Shown: in pieces, positions 51,001 to 64,000 of the stretch
Layout of the letters: each line of letters starts with the position of its first letter
How positions within the stretch are numbered: position 1 is the first letter of the stretch
Assembly (NCBI RefSeq): GCF_006345805.1
Contig: NC_043001.1
Location: 40,796,001 to 40,860,000 of the forward strand
Reading direction: 5' to 3'
Length of the DNA stretch: 64,000 nt
From: Octopus sinensis
Lineage: Eukaryota
Translations under genes and position numbers: made by a program
Notes under the pieces: generated by a model
Told to the model about the DNA's origin: nothing
Seen by the model: only the letters and a program-made list of their open reading frames with translations
Database searches by the model: none

Positions 51001-51829
51001 CATCACAACATTTATATTTTGCTTGAATATTTTTTTCTCTGGATCTCATTATTGAATACTAGATATCTCATTATTAGGACCATTATATTTCATCTAACTA
51101 CTTTTTTCTTTCTACCTTCATTTAAGATTAGCAGCCTGAAGTCATAATATTAAAAAACTGATTAGATTCTAGAACTGAAGTCCAATTTTATCTTACCAAC
51201 AGATCATATATTAAATGAGTAGCTCTGGGCTAGTAAGCATCCACAGAGAAGTAATGAGGTTTAAGGAAGAATTCATAGAAATAGAGCACAACTAGATTTA
51301 TTTATTACACTGTCACATACCTGATTGTGTAATAAATAGAATAGAAACTTTTGTCAGTTCAGTGTATTTACATGGCTATCATTTGGTATGGACTGGCGTA
51401 GATAATCAAAACAGTAGAGTACATTACAGTATAGATATGAGACAATGTGGAGAGCTTTGATTAATCACTTGCTCTGCTAGAAATAGTAACCAAATCTTCC
51501 TCAAACCATATACCTTCTCTTGAAAAGGGAAGGAGACCTTACATAATATAGTTTTAGATACATTCATTGAAAAGAAAAGGGAATGGTCAGGGCTCAAATG
51601 CCTTCTATCAGAGGTTTATTTGAACAGGGCTAAACAATAGTAAAAAGGCAGTACAGTACTTGGTTTTGCTTCTCTTTGTTCCAAGATTTGGTACATTTCC
51701 TTCAAAATTTTCCTTATTCTTTTTTATTTGACCAGATTCATCACCATGCAAGCATACATGCTAAAAGGGATAGTACTTCCAGTTACTTCCAATCAATAAG
51801 GTCACTAGTCATGTCCTTAATACTACCCT

Positions 51830-52165
51830 GTATCAATGCAACCCCACCAGACCTATCTCCTATCCAGATAAATCTCTAACTTTACAGGGTTATAGCCTGA
51901 TCTTTGAAAACATGCTACAGCATGTGCCATTCCCAAGAAGAACAACCACTCTATCACTTATTGTCTTACCATCTTCACTTTCAACATTGGAAAGGTAATG
52001 GAAACAGCTATTAACACCAGTTTTCGCAACCATTTTAAAACCTCTTTCCCTCATTAATGACCACCAGTACAGCTTTCATAAAAACAAATTTACTGGATCT
52101 TTACATTCCTATGTCACTCACCAGTGGACCCTCATTCTCATGAAATCTGGTGAATATATAGTGTT
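51830..52165 (+). mobile_element. CR1/L2-group LINE RT N-terminal fragment, heavily decayed
   Basis: HATACAIPKK..., GKVMETAIN, LINDHQY.F, YVTHQW..L...GE pattern; cut by the SINE at 52177. Confidence 0.6.
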
Positions 52166-52176
52166 TTACCATTTAT

Positions 52177-52370
52177 ATTGGTTTCAATTTTTGGCACAAA
52201 GGCAGTATATTTGGTTACATCTTCTCCAGTGCTCAACCGGTACTTATTTTATCAACCCTGAAAGGATGAGAGGCAAAGTCAACCTTGGTGGAATTTGAAC
52301 TCTGAATTAAAAGATGGGCAAAATGCTGCAAAACACTTTACCTGGCATACTAATGATTCTTCCAGCTTGC
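52177..52370 (-). mobile_element. Family A/B SINE (similar copies at 55555-55775 minus, 57465-57660 plus, 58905-59030 minus)
   Basis: Reverse complement of the conserved body: ggtacttattttatcaaccctgaaaggatgagaggcaaagtcaaccttggtggaatttgaactc. Confidence 0.8.
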
Positions 52371-55089
52371 ATTGTACAGAAATGGTACAAGATTATGCCA
52401 CAAAGTGTCATTTACTATAGCTCCAGGCCAACCAAAGTCTCTTGAGTGAATTTGGGACATGGAAACTAAAAGAAGCCTGTTTTATATATATTATAGTGTG
52501 TGTGTGTGTGTGTGTGTGGTGTGTGTGTGTGTGTGTGTGCATTTGTCCTCTACTACCACTTAACAACTGCATACAGTATGCATAAATATTTGTTGATGAT
52601 GACAATGATAACGATGATGAAATTGTTGAAGGCGATGGTGGTGATGAAAAGAACAATGATGAAATGATGATGATATTAAAAGTAATGATGATGATTATGA
52701 AGATGGCAACGACAATGATAGTAATGAAGACAGCAACATTAATGAAGAAAATTACAACAGTAATGAGGAAGAAACATTTAAAATATGAAAATGTCTATCT
52801 ACTATGCTATTTGTCTGTATGAGAATACTATTTAATTAAGCAAATAATATTTGTTTGACAACTGTTTTTCCATGTTTGCATGGGTCAGATGAATATATAG
52901 AGAGGAATTATTTTATAGTTGGGCACTTTTTCTGTCACTAACCTTTATTCGTTTCTCAAGTAAGGGATTTTTTAAATTTCAGCATTTTCAAAGTATGGGA
53001 CTATAAGACAATTTGCTGACAAGGAATTGTTGAACTTCAATGTTTGCGGTTAACTGTTTGTGAATGTTGTGCAAAGTTCACACACACACACACACCAGGC
53101 TTCATTCAGTTTCTGTCACAAGGCATTGGTTAGCCTGAGGCTACAGTAGAAGACATTTGCACAAGGCACTGTGCATTAGGACTGAACCTGAAACCACATT
53201 TTTGAGAAGCAAACTTCTTAGCTACACAGCCATGCCAGTATATTTCATTAAAATCAACAGAGACTTGAGAACACCTAGATACAAAATTACAGAAATAATA
53301 TTTATAGTAAATATCCATAAAAGTTCATAACTATGAGAGGCCATGGGTACACACCAAGAGATGATTCACTATAGATAACTTTGTGGTGTCTGTTTCCTGA
53401 ACAGGTTCAGTTCTCTGTAAAAAGCTTTACCATCCTTCAACAGGATTTATTTTTAACCCTGTCAAGTGTTTACACACCCTCTCCATTCAGAAAACTGGAT
53501 GGCAGTGGGTTACCCAACCATGAGACTGGCTGTACTTAGCTACATGGTACCAGTAGCTTATAGAACATCACCTAACCAAATAAACTATTTGGAAACATGC
53601 TGCACTAGGGACAATCTTGGTATTTTTTATAGGTGAGGACATATCACCCAAGAAATTAAAGAATTAGAAATGAAAATGAGATAAATACACAGGGATTAGC
53701 TGCATTTTGAGCAAACATACGATAAACTGACACTTGTAATACACAGTATTTTGATGTAATGCCTCTCTTTATGATACCTCTAATGAATTTACAGGTTGAG
53801 ACATACTAAGATGCCTAAAAAGGATAAAACAGAACTAAACACTCAACACAAACACACAAACTTTTTGTATCTTTTTCATATTCCTTGATTTCAAATTCAA
53901 ATTTCTAATCCTGCTTCATGCTGTAAAGAAGTATTACTCTCTGTATTAACACCCATCCAGAGGACACCATACGGTGCTTTGATGCAACAGAAAGTAAGTA
54001 TAAACAATGAAAATGTAAAGCATACATGTATATACTGCATTATTTATTAAGTTGTAGATAAATTTTATAATTTAAGAGGTGGGATGTTGAATGATAAAGG
54101 TACCCATGGTTACAGGCTGTTTAAAATTTGTAATAGCAGAAAAGGTTTGAGAAACAAATGCCTTTGTAATAGATAAATTTAATCTTGAACTCCATGCAAA
54201 AGATCAGATATATGTGAGATATGGTAGTGCACTATCTGCAAAAGCTAAAAAATAATAAGCTGATAGAATACTTTATAAAATAAAGAGATTCTAGTTCCAA
54301 CATCATAAATCATCTTATAAAAGGAAAAAGATTCCCTTTCAGATACGAATCTCCTTGAATCCTATTGTTTAAAAATAGCATTACATTAAGAATAGCAATG
54401 GGAACTGTTAGAGAATTTGTGATATAGCTAACAAATTCTCATCAATCAAGATTATGTTTGATGCGTTCAATAAGTGCACCTGATAAGGAATTCCATCAAT
54501 ACACTAGTCAAACATACATTTTAAAAATTAGTAAAATCTTGTTTCATTTCTTGTTAAGGTAATTATAAATGAACTTAGGTGAAGTGAAAGTGGTCAATAA
54601 CTTGATAAAAAAAAATAAACATAAATAAACCAAAGTAATATCAGCACCAGTAAAACTTTTCTCTTTCTTATCTAGTAATGAGATCTATTGCACCCTGCTC
54701 AACACTTTTGGTGTTGCCCAAATGGTATCTTGGTGCTTAAGCAGCTTGTTGGTTGTGGTGCTGTAAATGTGGCCTAATTTCTTAGCAGAACACCAGTAGT
54801 TATCAGTGAAAACAAAGAAGCCACACACACTTTGACTTTACAATCTGAGAGTTATCGTTTGCCTCCAGGTAAACTGCCAATCTGATAGCCTTCAATCATG
54901 ATGAACATCATATTTTGCATTTGTTTTACTAAATTTGCTTCTGTTTGTTGATGCCTTAAGAGCAAATTAAAAAGAAGAAAGGAAAAGTAACTAAAAAGCA
55001 ATTAAGCAATCTGATAATTTTTTTTATGTGATTTTATTTCAAACAAGGCCCAAGGTCAGTGAAGTGTAAGGGACTACAAATAAACAAAA

Positions 55090-55400
55090 GAAGAAGCCTG
55101 CAAATTCAAAAGATGTCAATTGGCAGAAAGCTTAAAAAACAGAACATCATAGACCAGAGGGAAACAAGATGATGATAGTGAGTTTCAGAGAGCAGCAGTT
55201 CAAGGAAAGAAACAATTAGAATAAAAGGATTTATGACTAACAGAAAGCTGATTAGAGAAATTAAAGATGTAGGATGAGAAGTAGGTGATGTGTTTAAAAG
55301 ACTTAACAGAAAACACCAGGCTTGAGCCATGACCATGGAAATACTTTCAGAAAAGATACAATGAAGATACATTCTAATAATGGGGGTTACCATACCAAGA
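55090..55400 (-). mobile_element. Possible L2/CR1-group LINE 3' end, very decayed
   Basis: Minus-strand tgtatcttttctgaaagtatttccatggtcatggctca resembles the C-terminal LFYRYFHGxCS motif of L2/Crack-like LINEs. Confidence 0.3.
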
Positions 55401-57030
55401 GTAATACAATAAATTTAGACACAAAGAATTCTAACCTCGAGGCATAATTTTAGATTATTCATAATTTCCAGCCAATTACATTTCATTAAAATTGCTATAA
55501 ATTACTGTGAGAAATATCAGCCTCAGGAAATATTTTCTTAGTTTATGCAATATATTGGTTTCAAATTTTGGCACAAGGCCAGAAATTTCATGGGAGGGAA
55601 TCTGTCGATTACATCGACCCTAATATTTGGCTGGTACTTATTTTGTGTACCTCAAAAGAATGAAAAGTAATGTCAACCTTGGTGGAATTTGAATTGAGAA
55701 TGTAAAGATGGATGAAATTACTGCTATACATTTTGCCTATAGTGCTAACAATTTTGCCAGCTCAGTGCCGTAGTTTGTGTGATATATTATCTCATCTTTT
55801 TGTATACATGGAAGTACAGTATCTAATGTGTCCTTTTCTAATATCAAAATAAATAGTGAAACAACTTCAGAACACATGATAATTTTTAAACATTTTTAAA
55901 ATCAAAAGTTATGAAATGTGGAAATACATAAATATATTCTCCTTACCAAACATGAGCAATTTTTGCTCCCTTCCTTTTATGTTGTTATAATAATATTGTC
56001 ATGGCAGTAAAAATCAGCATGAATTAGGGAGTTAAGTAGAACTGACAAAGAGAATCAAAGTTTAAAGGTAGAAGGAAGAAAAAGGAGAGATTGTAATTGT
56101 AGTGAACAGGGGCTTTAGAGAAACAGCTGTGGGGTTTGAGCAAATATGGTGTTCAAAATAGAAATAAAAGTAATAATTTTAAAATGTATCAAAATTGGAA
56201 TTTCTAAAATTTTACTATCATTTTAGACTGATCTAAAAGGTTGCTTAGAGTTTTACATATATATATAGATACACTTAGTTTACAATATTATATATGAGAT
56301 TTAGTTTAGCCTGTACTCTTTCACAACAATTCATTAATACCGTCCATAATACATAGGTGCCTTGGCTATTTCTAAATTCACTAGCTAGATGTGATTTTAA
56401 ATCTTACACATATATGATGAAGATATCTTTTTTTTTTTTTTGTGACTGTCCCTTTTGATGCAAGATTTAGACTGTTGTACCACCATTTTAATCAGCTTTG
56501 AGTCCTTATCATATCTACAAGAACAAGAACATTCACTCCAGTATAATTAGAATGCAAAATAGCAAGGTATCAATTTAATCACAATGAAGCATCAAATAAA
56601 TTAAAAATGAACCACAACCCTTTACAAGCTATGACCCCAACAAACTTCATACATTTCATGGAAGTGTAGTGTATTCTTAGCTACATAAGTGGCAACATGG
56701 TTTCTTTCCATCTTCTTGCTCTATTAGAGTATGTAAGTAAAATTATATTATTGTGTCCAACTGGTTAAAAATTCTATTTATCTATTTATTTATGCAGCTG
56801 AGGATAGCCCTGCATTTAAACTGATGTAATGATTGCGTCGTTCAATTAAATAAAGTCACTTGAAATGATTGTACTGCATCACCTCTTGATATCCTGTTGC
56901 TTATTTTGATTTTGTTCACCTTACTTTGAGTTGTATGGATAATACCGCACTGATTTGGTGCTTCAACTTAAGTACCTAATTCAAATGAATTTCAATTATA
57001 CATATGTGTGTGTGTGTGTGTGTGTGTATG

Positions 57031-57062
<32 letters not shown>

Positions 57063-58353
57063 CATAAATATATATGTTTATATATGTATATATAAAGGTA
57101 TGACAAATTTGGAACTCTGATACATTGAAAATTATGGCAGCACTATGAAATACCCACAGAAAAGCTTTGACTAGAATAAAGCCTCTATGTGGTCCCTCAA
57201 CCTACAATAAAAAGCAGCCAAATCTCCTTCAAACACTACTCTATAATCTTAAAAATAGGACAATGAGGACAATATAGTCCTAAATTCCATGTAGTTAAAA
57301 GAAAAGATAGGATAGTCATGACCAAAAGACTTTTGATCATAGGCTTGCTTGGTTAAAGTTGACCTGAATCAAAAAACAAACCACAGAAAAGAAATGGTAC
57401 AAGCATACATCACAAAGTGTTGCAGAGAATTACAAATGACTATAGCAATTAACTGACTATCATATTTAAGGAGGCATGCTGGCAAAATTGCTAGCATGTT
57501 AGACAAAATGCTTTGCGACATTTTGTCTGTCTTTACATTCTGAGTTCAAATTCTGCTGAGGTTGGCTTTGCCTTCCATCCTTCCAGGTTTGATAAAATAA
57601 GTACCAACTGAACACTGGGGTCAATGTAATCAACATAACCTTTCCCAAACTGCCTATTATATTAATTAATTCAAAATACAGTGTTTTTTGTAGAGGTTGA
57701 AGATGGTTTGAAATGCAAGTTTTTATTTTGAAAGTGATCATATAAAATTTTATCCTGAGTTAGATCCCATTGCATGGCATCTCAAGTAGTGGATCAGTAT
57801 AATCACTGAACAAAATACATTTGCAGTATTTATTCTGGTTCTTTGCTTTCAGAATCCAGATTAACTTTGGGAAGTAGTCAATACCATCAACCCCAGGATT
57901 TGAGTAGTATTTGGGGTTGATAAAATACCAAAGTATTTTACCAATCCCCAAAAACTGAGGCCAATGAAATTAACTCAGAATGTAAAAAGTTAAAACAACT
58001 ATCAAAAACATGCTTTGTTACTGTTATTTTATGCAAGTGGAAATGTAATGTTTTGCTTCACTACTTTATGTTCTAAGTTCTAATCTTTCTATCATCAATA
58101 TTACTTTCGTCAGTACCAGTAATGTGCTAAGGTTGATTAAATTACTAATTTTCCCCTCCACAAATACATGGTCCTATGCCAAAATTATAAATAATTCACC
58201 ACCACTGCCACCACCAGTGTTTTATGACCCTTCTTGGTGCCTATACTTTTAGTAGCTTCTTAAATCATGCAAGGATATGGTGTACCAATTTTTAAAAAAG
58301 TCAAGATACACATGGCCTATTATTTATTATTATTATTGTTATTTCTAAGTTTG

Positions 58354-58885
58354 AAGGCGGCGAGCTGGTAGAAACATTAGCATGCCGGGCGAAATGCTTA
58401 GTGGTATTTCGTCTGCCGCTACGTTCTGAGTTCAAATTCCACCGAGGTCAACTTTGCCTTTCATCCTTTCGGGGTCAATTAAATAAGTACCAGTTACGCA
58501 CTGGGATCGATTAAATAAGTACCAGTTACGCACTGGGATCGATTAAATAAGTACCAGTTATGCACTGGGATCGATTAAATAAGTACCAGTTACGCACTGG
58601 GGTCGATATAATCGATTTAATCCGTTTGTCTGTCTTTGTTTGTCCTCTCTGTGTTTAGCCCCTTGTAGGTAGTAAAGAGATAAGAATCGTTAGCATGTCA
58701 GACAAAATACTTAGCGACATTTCATCCATCTTTACATTCTGAGTTGAGATCCTGCTGAGGTTAACTTTGCCTTTCACCTTTTCAGGGTCAATGAAAGAAG
58801 TACTAGCTGAGTACTGGGGTCAATGTAATCAACTAGCCACTTCCCCTCAAGATTTCAGGCCTTGTGCCTTTAGTAGAAAGAATCA
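58354..58885 (+). mobile_element. Composite (A+B) SINE with 15-bp TSD and internal 32-bp x4 array
   Basis: TTATTTCTAAGTTTG at 58339-58353 and 58886-58900. attaaataagtaccagttacgcactgggatcg repeats from 58478 with period 32. Confidence 0.9.
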
Positions 58886-59839
58886 TTATTTCTAAGTTTG
58901 GTTTTTGGATGTAAATTTAAAGAAAGGGTAAAGTCAATTATATTGATCTCAGTATTTGACTGGTACTCAGTTTATCAACCAAGGAAGGATGAAAGCAAGG
59001 ACAACCATGGCAGAATTTGCAATAACTTCACCTGAAATCTAAGTTTATACTGCTAACAACATTAACAATAATTTCTCGCATAGATACAAATCTTCATGTC
59101 TGTAGAGATAAAGAAATTTATAATTGTGACATTTACGCCTTTAACAAGAGAAACAACAAAGCTATCAAGTACCATTGAGAAACTATACTGAATTGCCCAC
59201 CAATCTTAATGGAAGCTTAACACCTACAATGATGATGATGATAACGATGATAATGATAGTGATTCTTTATAGCTTAATCCAGGAAAGATTAAGGGATGAA
59301 ATGGCTTCCCTGGACAACTAGAAATTAGCTTAGTGTTAATGTAATGTAATATTTGGTTTAGGATATTGAATGATGATCGCTAATACTGCAAATTTATGAA
59401 GATAATGTTACGAAAGGTGTAAATCTAAGAAAGAAGAAATGTACATATTATTTATTTATAGTATTCAAGGAAGAAAATAAAATGTGGATAGGTGGAAGAT
59501 GGAAAACCAAAGGAAATGAAATCTGAAAATAGGGATGGGATGGCGTGAGAACATTCAGAGAACAGGTTTATTTTAACACATCACTCATGGCCACTTTATG
59601 GCCAGTGTTGTTAAAAATTTAGATCACATATAAACTACTGAAATGGTGAATTTGAACTTTTTCCATACAATCACAATACAAAATATTCTGGAAATTTGCC
59701 AAATCATGTTATCATGCTTTTTACATTTTCATGACACAATTTTTAAAGTTGCTTTTATTTCATTTCTGTTTGAAAATATTTGTCAAGTGTGAACTACTTT
59801 ACACAATACAAAGAGTTACAAGCTTCAAAAATTTGGCAT

Positions 59840-60068
59840 TTAACCCTTTCGTTACTGTATTTATTTTGAGATGTTCTATGTTTCTTTCAATTATTTTAAA
59901 TATAACAAAGAATTTAGTAAAATAACTTAGTTACCATTCAGCTTGTATTAGGAACATAAATTGTGACTAAGGTTTGGTGGAAGATTTTAATTTAAAACTT
60001 ATGGAAATAAGACATTTGTACAACAGAGCCAGAGCCGGTTTCAGCCGGGTTGGTAACAAAAGGGTTAA
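59840..60068. mobile_element. piggyBac-type MITE
   Basis: TTAA|CCCTTTCGTTAC (59840-59855) ... GTAACAAAAGGG|TTAA (60053-60068). Confidence 0.85.
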
Positions 60069-60149
60069 GTTACCATAAGAAACAAGATAATTATATTCTG
60101 AACAATAAGGATCCATATAGTTAGTATACAGAGCTTTGGTTTGCTGCTA

Positions 60150-61950
60150 TACACAACACAAAACAATACACCATCTACTTCTACCCCAAACATCCATAAG
60201 AAGGACCTGAGTACCCCAGTGTTTCCATCTGTAACTACCCTGTCGAACTCATTTCCAAATACCTCAAACAACACTTCTCACCATTAGTTTGCAGCCCTTC
60301 CATCACACATCCATGACATTAACCATATTCTTTTTCTCTTCAAATTCTCTTTCTTTCTTGCAGGCCCCTCCCAGATTATTTTCACCATGAATATGAAGTC
60401 CTTCTGTACTATTGTCCTCCACAATGATGCTCTCTGAGGCCTAAAATATTTTCTTAATTGTCACACTAAATTTTCGATTAATACCTCTATTTCCCTTTGT
60501 CCTGCTTATCTTATCTTCACCACCAACAACTTCTTAATTGGGAACTTCTACCAGCAGGAGCAGGTCACTAAAGTAACCATAAAAATTAGGATAGACCCCC
60601 AGCTGTGTCAATCAGTTTGTCGGTCCTATTGAGGCTCAAATCTTCACACCTTTTGATGGCCCACTTTAAAGGTATATAGTCATAGCTCTGTTATTGATGA
60701 AAAACTCAACTCCATCTTTTTCATCAACTCCTTTCACTCAGCCTTAGATACAACATTCACCATATCCATCACCTCTGTTAACATCCTGGACATCTCCTTT
60801 TCTATTGACGCCACTACATACTATTCCTGCACACTCTCCATGTCTGAAGCTATGACACAATACATACCATCATATGAAGTGGTTACTCCCACCCAAACAA
60901 TGAGGGTGCCTGTTGTGGTATCTATGCTATTGGCTGTACCTCTGTCCTCCAGCTTTGTGTCTACCATACCACCAACAGTTTTCCTTTTGCCTTCAACCAC
61001 CACCCTGTAACCTTATTTCAGCATATTTTCATACAGAAATCTAGACCAATCACCAATCTAGACTACCATCACTCCCATATTCCCTAATAACCATCCCTTT
61101 CCTTCAGAAGCAACTGTTACTTGTGTGACCTTCAAGTCTATAATTGCTTCAGTCCTTGCCACACCAAACTTGGATGCCTTTTCCTACTTCCATTGCAACA
61201 CCTGTCCCATTGTTTAGAACAATAACCACTCAATGTGAACCTAACTTACCCTTCTAAGTAATTGACTGCTTTGCCTATACTTCCAAGAACCTCATTAATA
61301 ACATAAAATGCTAACTATGTGACTTATATACTGAAGAAACCTGTTGGTAGCTGGAAGATAATTTTATGGAACACTATTGATTATTTGATGCAATAACATC
61401 AAATAATTCTGACCTATAGGCTGTCACTTCAATTCTCTTGGCCACACCTACCAGTATTTCAACATCTGCAATATTGTTGTACATTGCAGATCTTCTGTCT
61501 CTTTTGTATGCTTCATGAACCACAATAAAATTTCTGGCTAAACATAGCCAACATTGCCTTCTTTAACAACATTATTTTCTTTCTTAACATCCCCATACTC
61601 TAATAAATGCCCTTCTGAGCTGTACAAACCACTGCATTTCCACACACTACCCGTCAACTATGAACACATACTATTACGATTTGTTATACCAGTGTTGTTT
61701 GAGGTATTTGTTATATTACGCTTTGTCTACACAGCAGGACACTACATTCACCTCATTTCCAGAATACATGCACCAACACACAATCACACAATGTACCCCC
61801 ACCCTATATACATGTTCACACATGCATAACATAATCTCACTCTTCCTTAAACTTATCCTCACTAATCTATGCTTTTTTCCACTATCTCCTTCCACTCTAA
61901 CTTTAATCTCTAAGACAACATTCTTCACATTTCTTGCTTTATACATTTAA
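60150..61950 (+). mobile_element. Penelope-like element remnant (RT, linker, degenerate endonuclease region, C/T-rich 3' end)
   Basis: Frameshifted motifs IYF.PK/IHK, VSICNYPVELISKYL..FSPLV, LPSHIHDINH, IFTMNMKSFCTIVLHNDAL, FINSFHSAL, LDIS and HCNTCPI follow the PLE RT consensus (LPKIHK, PTELISxYLD, FTMDVKSLYTxIPH, YIDD). Confidence 0.75.
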
Positions 61951-64000
61951 GGTTTTTGTGGGGTTTTTTTTTTTCATTCATTATAAACAAAACCACTTTT
62001 CCTTTTTATTTTTATTTTTTCCTAAGCCAGATAAATACTTAGAAAGGTAACCTCTTGAATATTTTTGTTTATGTATCAACTCAACATAAGCATAAATTTA
62101 GTGTTTATAAGTGTATTGAAATTGTATTGCCAACTTATATCTGTAACAAACTTTGGATGTAACTTCAAAATTGACTGATCCCAATTGCTCTTAATTTTGG
62201 CCATAACCATAACTCAAGTGGATTTTTGCTAATTATAGTTTGTAAAGCATGGTATATTGTACTTAAGATTGATTCCAGAGAAACCAAAAGAAAAAAAAAA
62301 TGGGTTCTTAACAAAGGAACAATGTACAAAATGTTGACTTCTTTGATTCTTCTTCACAGCATAATTATATATTTTTACTCTTTTTTTTTCTTCTCAAAAC
62401 TCTGGATATTCTGTGAAACAGATAAGAGATGAATTTCTATCTGGATAGACTGCTAGTCTATACTATTCTTTTGTTGTTACTAGTTTAAACCGATAGAACA
62501 GTAGCTAAGATGGGACATAGCCTTCAAGAATTTTAGTCAATCATATCAATCGTAGTCTGTAATGCAGTGTGTTGATTAATTTACTGATCTATATATTTCA
62601 AATAATTAAGTCACACTTTTTATCGAAGGGAGGGTACAACACTTGCTTTACAAATATAAACATAAACATAGGCATGGATATATACATGCACATGCCTATA
62701 CATATACATATAAACACGTGCACACACACACACACACACACACACGATGAGTTTCTTTCACTTTCCATCCACCAGATTCACTCACGAGGCTTTGGTCAGC
62801 CTGAGGCCATATTAGAAAACACTTGCCCAAAACCATGTGGTTAGGAAGCAAAGTTCTTAATCACACAGCCATATATACATGTGTGCGCACATGTCTATAT
62901 GTATGTATAAAAATGTCTGTGTGTATGTATGTGTAAATCTATGTGTATGTGCGACAGGCTTCTGCACATTTCCATCAATCAAATTTATTTACATAACCAG
63001 TTCACTCCAACAATAGTCACAATACTTTAGAAATGTAATAGTGATACACCCTCTCTTAGACCAGCAGACACTTTTCTGTTAAAGCACTTATGACACTTTA
63101 TATTAGAAAGGATTCAGAAACCCTATATAGGTACAGCAACACATTTTCTTTTATGTTGAAGTGGAAGAAATGATTTTAAAATTTGGATATTTGAATTTGA
63201 ATTGTTACAGCAGGACTTAGATTGTTCTAATATTAACCACTTAAAAACTAGAATAGTTTCAATTTTCAGCTCATCTACTGGATAAGTAAAGCCAGGAGTT
63301 TGATTGGATGACTTTTCTGTCCAGTACTCCAGTGTGTTACACTTTTGCTCTAACAATCATATTTCTTTGGTGTAAATAGATAAAATATCTTAGCTTTTCA
63401 CGTTTCTTGTAATTCATAATATTTCTTCTACTTACAGTTAACAACATAGATTTTTAAATTTCAGGTAGATCCTTCTGGAACACTTACCTATGAGAAATAG
63501 AAAAAAAAAGAAACAAAAGATGAAGATTAGTTTGTATCAAAAAATATAAAAACATCAAGTATCCATATCACATAGGTATAACTAGTAAATTTTAAGCATA
63601 CAAAAAAGGAATTAATGAATGTATGTACACATGTACACACATATATTTGTAGGAAGGTTAAATAAGAAAAAGTAATTAAATCACACTTGAACCATGCTCT
63701 ATGGTCTTAAAAACAAACACATTGGATAATATAGTCTGAAAGAAAGGGCAGTAGGGCCATGGTTTGATTACCTTTGATCAGCATACTTGATCAGAGCTGA
63801 CCTGGGGCTAAACAACAACAACCACAACTTGTGAAAAGATGCCTTAGATGTGGTGGGAACAGTAACAGCCAGTCAACTCTTACTGAAAATACTAAATTTT
63901 TCGTTTTAATGGCTTAGTCAAACCTTCAAGGCTCCTGAGATTGGTGGGAGTTAGAAAGGAAGTTAAACTTCAAATGGAAAGACTTGCCTGAATGCTTTCA

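Noticed and set aside
52580-52790. Acidic Asp/Glu/Asn-rich coding exon
   Set aside because: Degenerate (GAT)n/(AAT)n low-complexity tract with a frameshift and no convincing splice sites.
58478-58605. CRISPR-like array (32-bp repeats)
   Set aside because: Repeats are contiguous with no spacers and derive from SINE sequence; eukaryotic context.

Overview
Strongly AT-rich eukaryotic genomic DNA with very dense (CA)n/(TA)n/(CATA)n microsatellites and many short interspersed repeats. The SINE families and repeat density look like a cephalopod (Octopus-type) genome; this is an inference, not a database match. No intact cellular protein-coding gene, tRNA or rRNA could be recognised, and most ORFs in the supplied track are microsatellite or chance frames. 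The window is best read as a large intron or intergenic interval. It holds fossils of many mobile-element classes: R4/Dong-type, RTE, CR1/L2-group and Penelope-like retroelements; at least three tRNA-derived SINE families; non-autonomous Helitron-like elements; piggyBac- and mariner-type MITEs; and a probable Merlin/ISXO2 remnant. The most notable structures are: (i) Helitron-like elements with identical termini but unrelated interiors; (ii) degenerate minimal hammerhead-ribozyme motifs in retroelement tails; (iii) a CR1-like LINE whose 3' tail matches a local SINE family; (iv) a 61-bp near-perfect hairpin and an inverted LINE pair with perfect blocks (candidate dsRNA); (v) an apparently perfect 363-bp triplication; (vi) an unidentified decayed ORF at 20.1-21.0 kb; and (vii) several strong splice-site-bounded candidate exons, including an 18-nt microexon and a recursive-splice-like AG|GT site, which I could not assign to a known protein.
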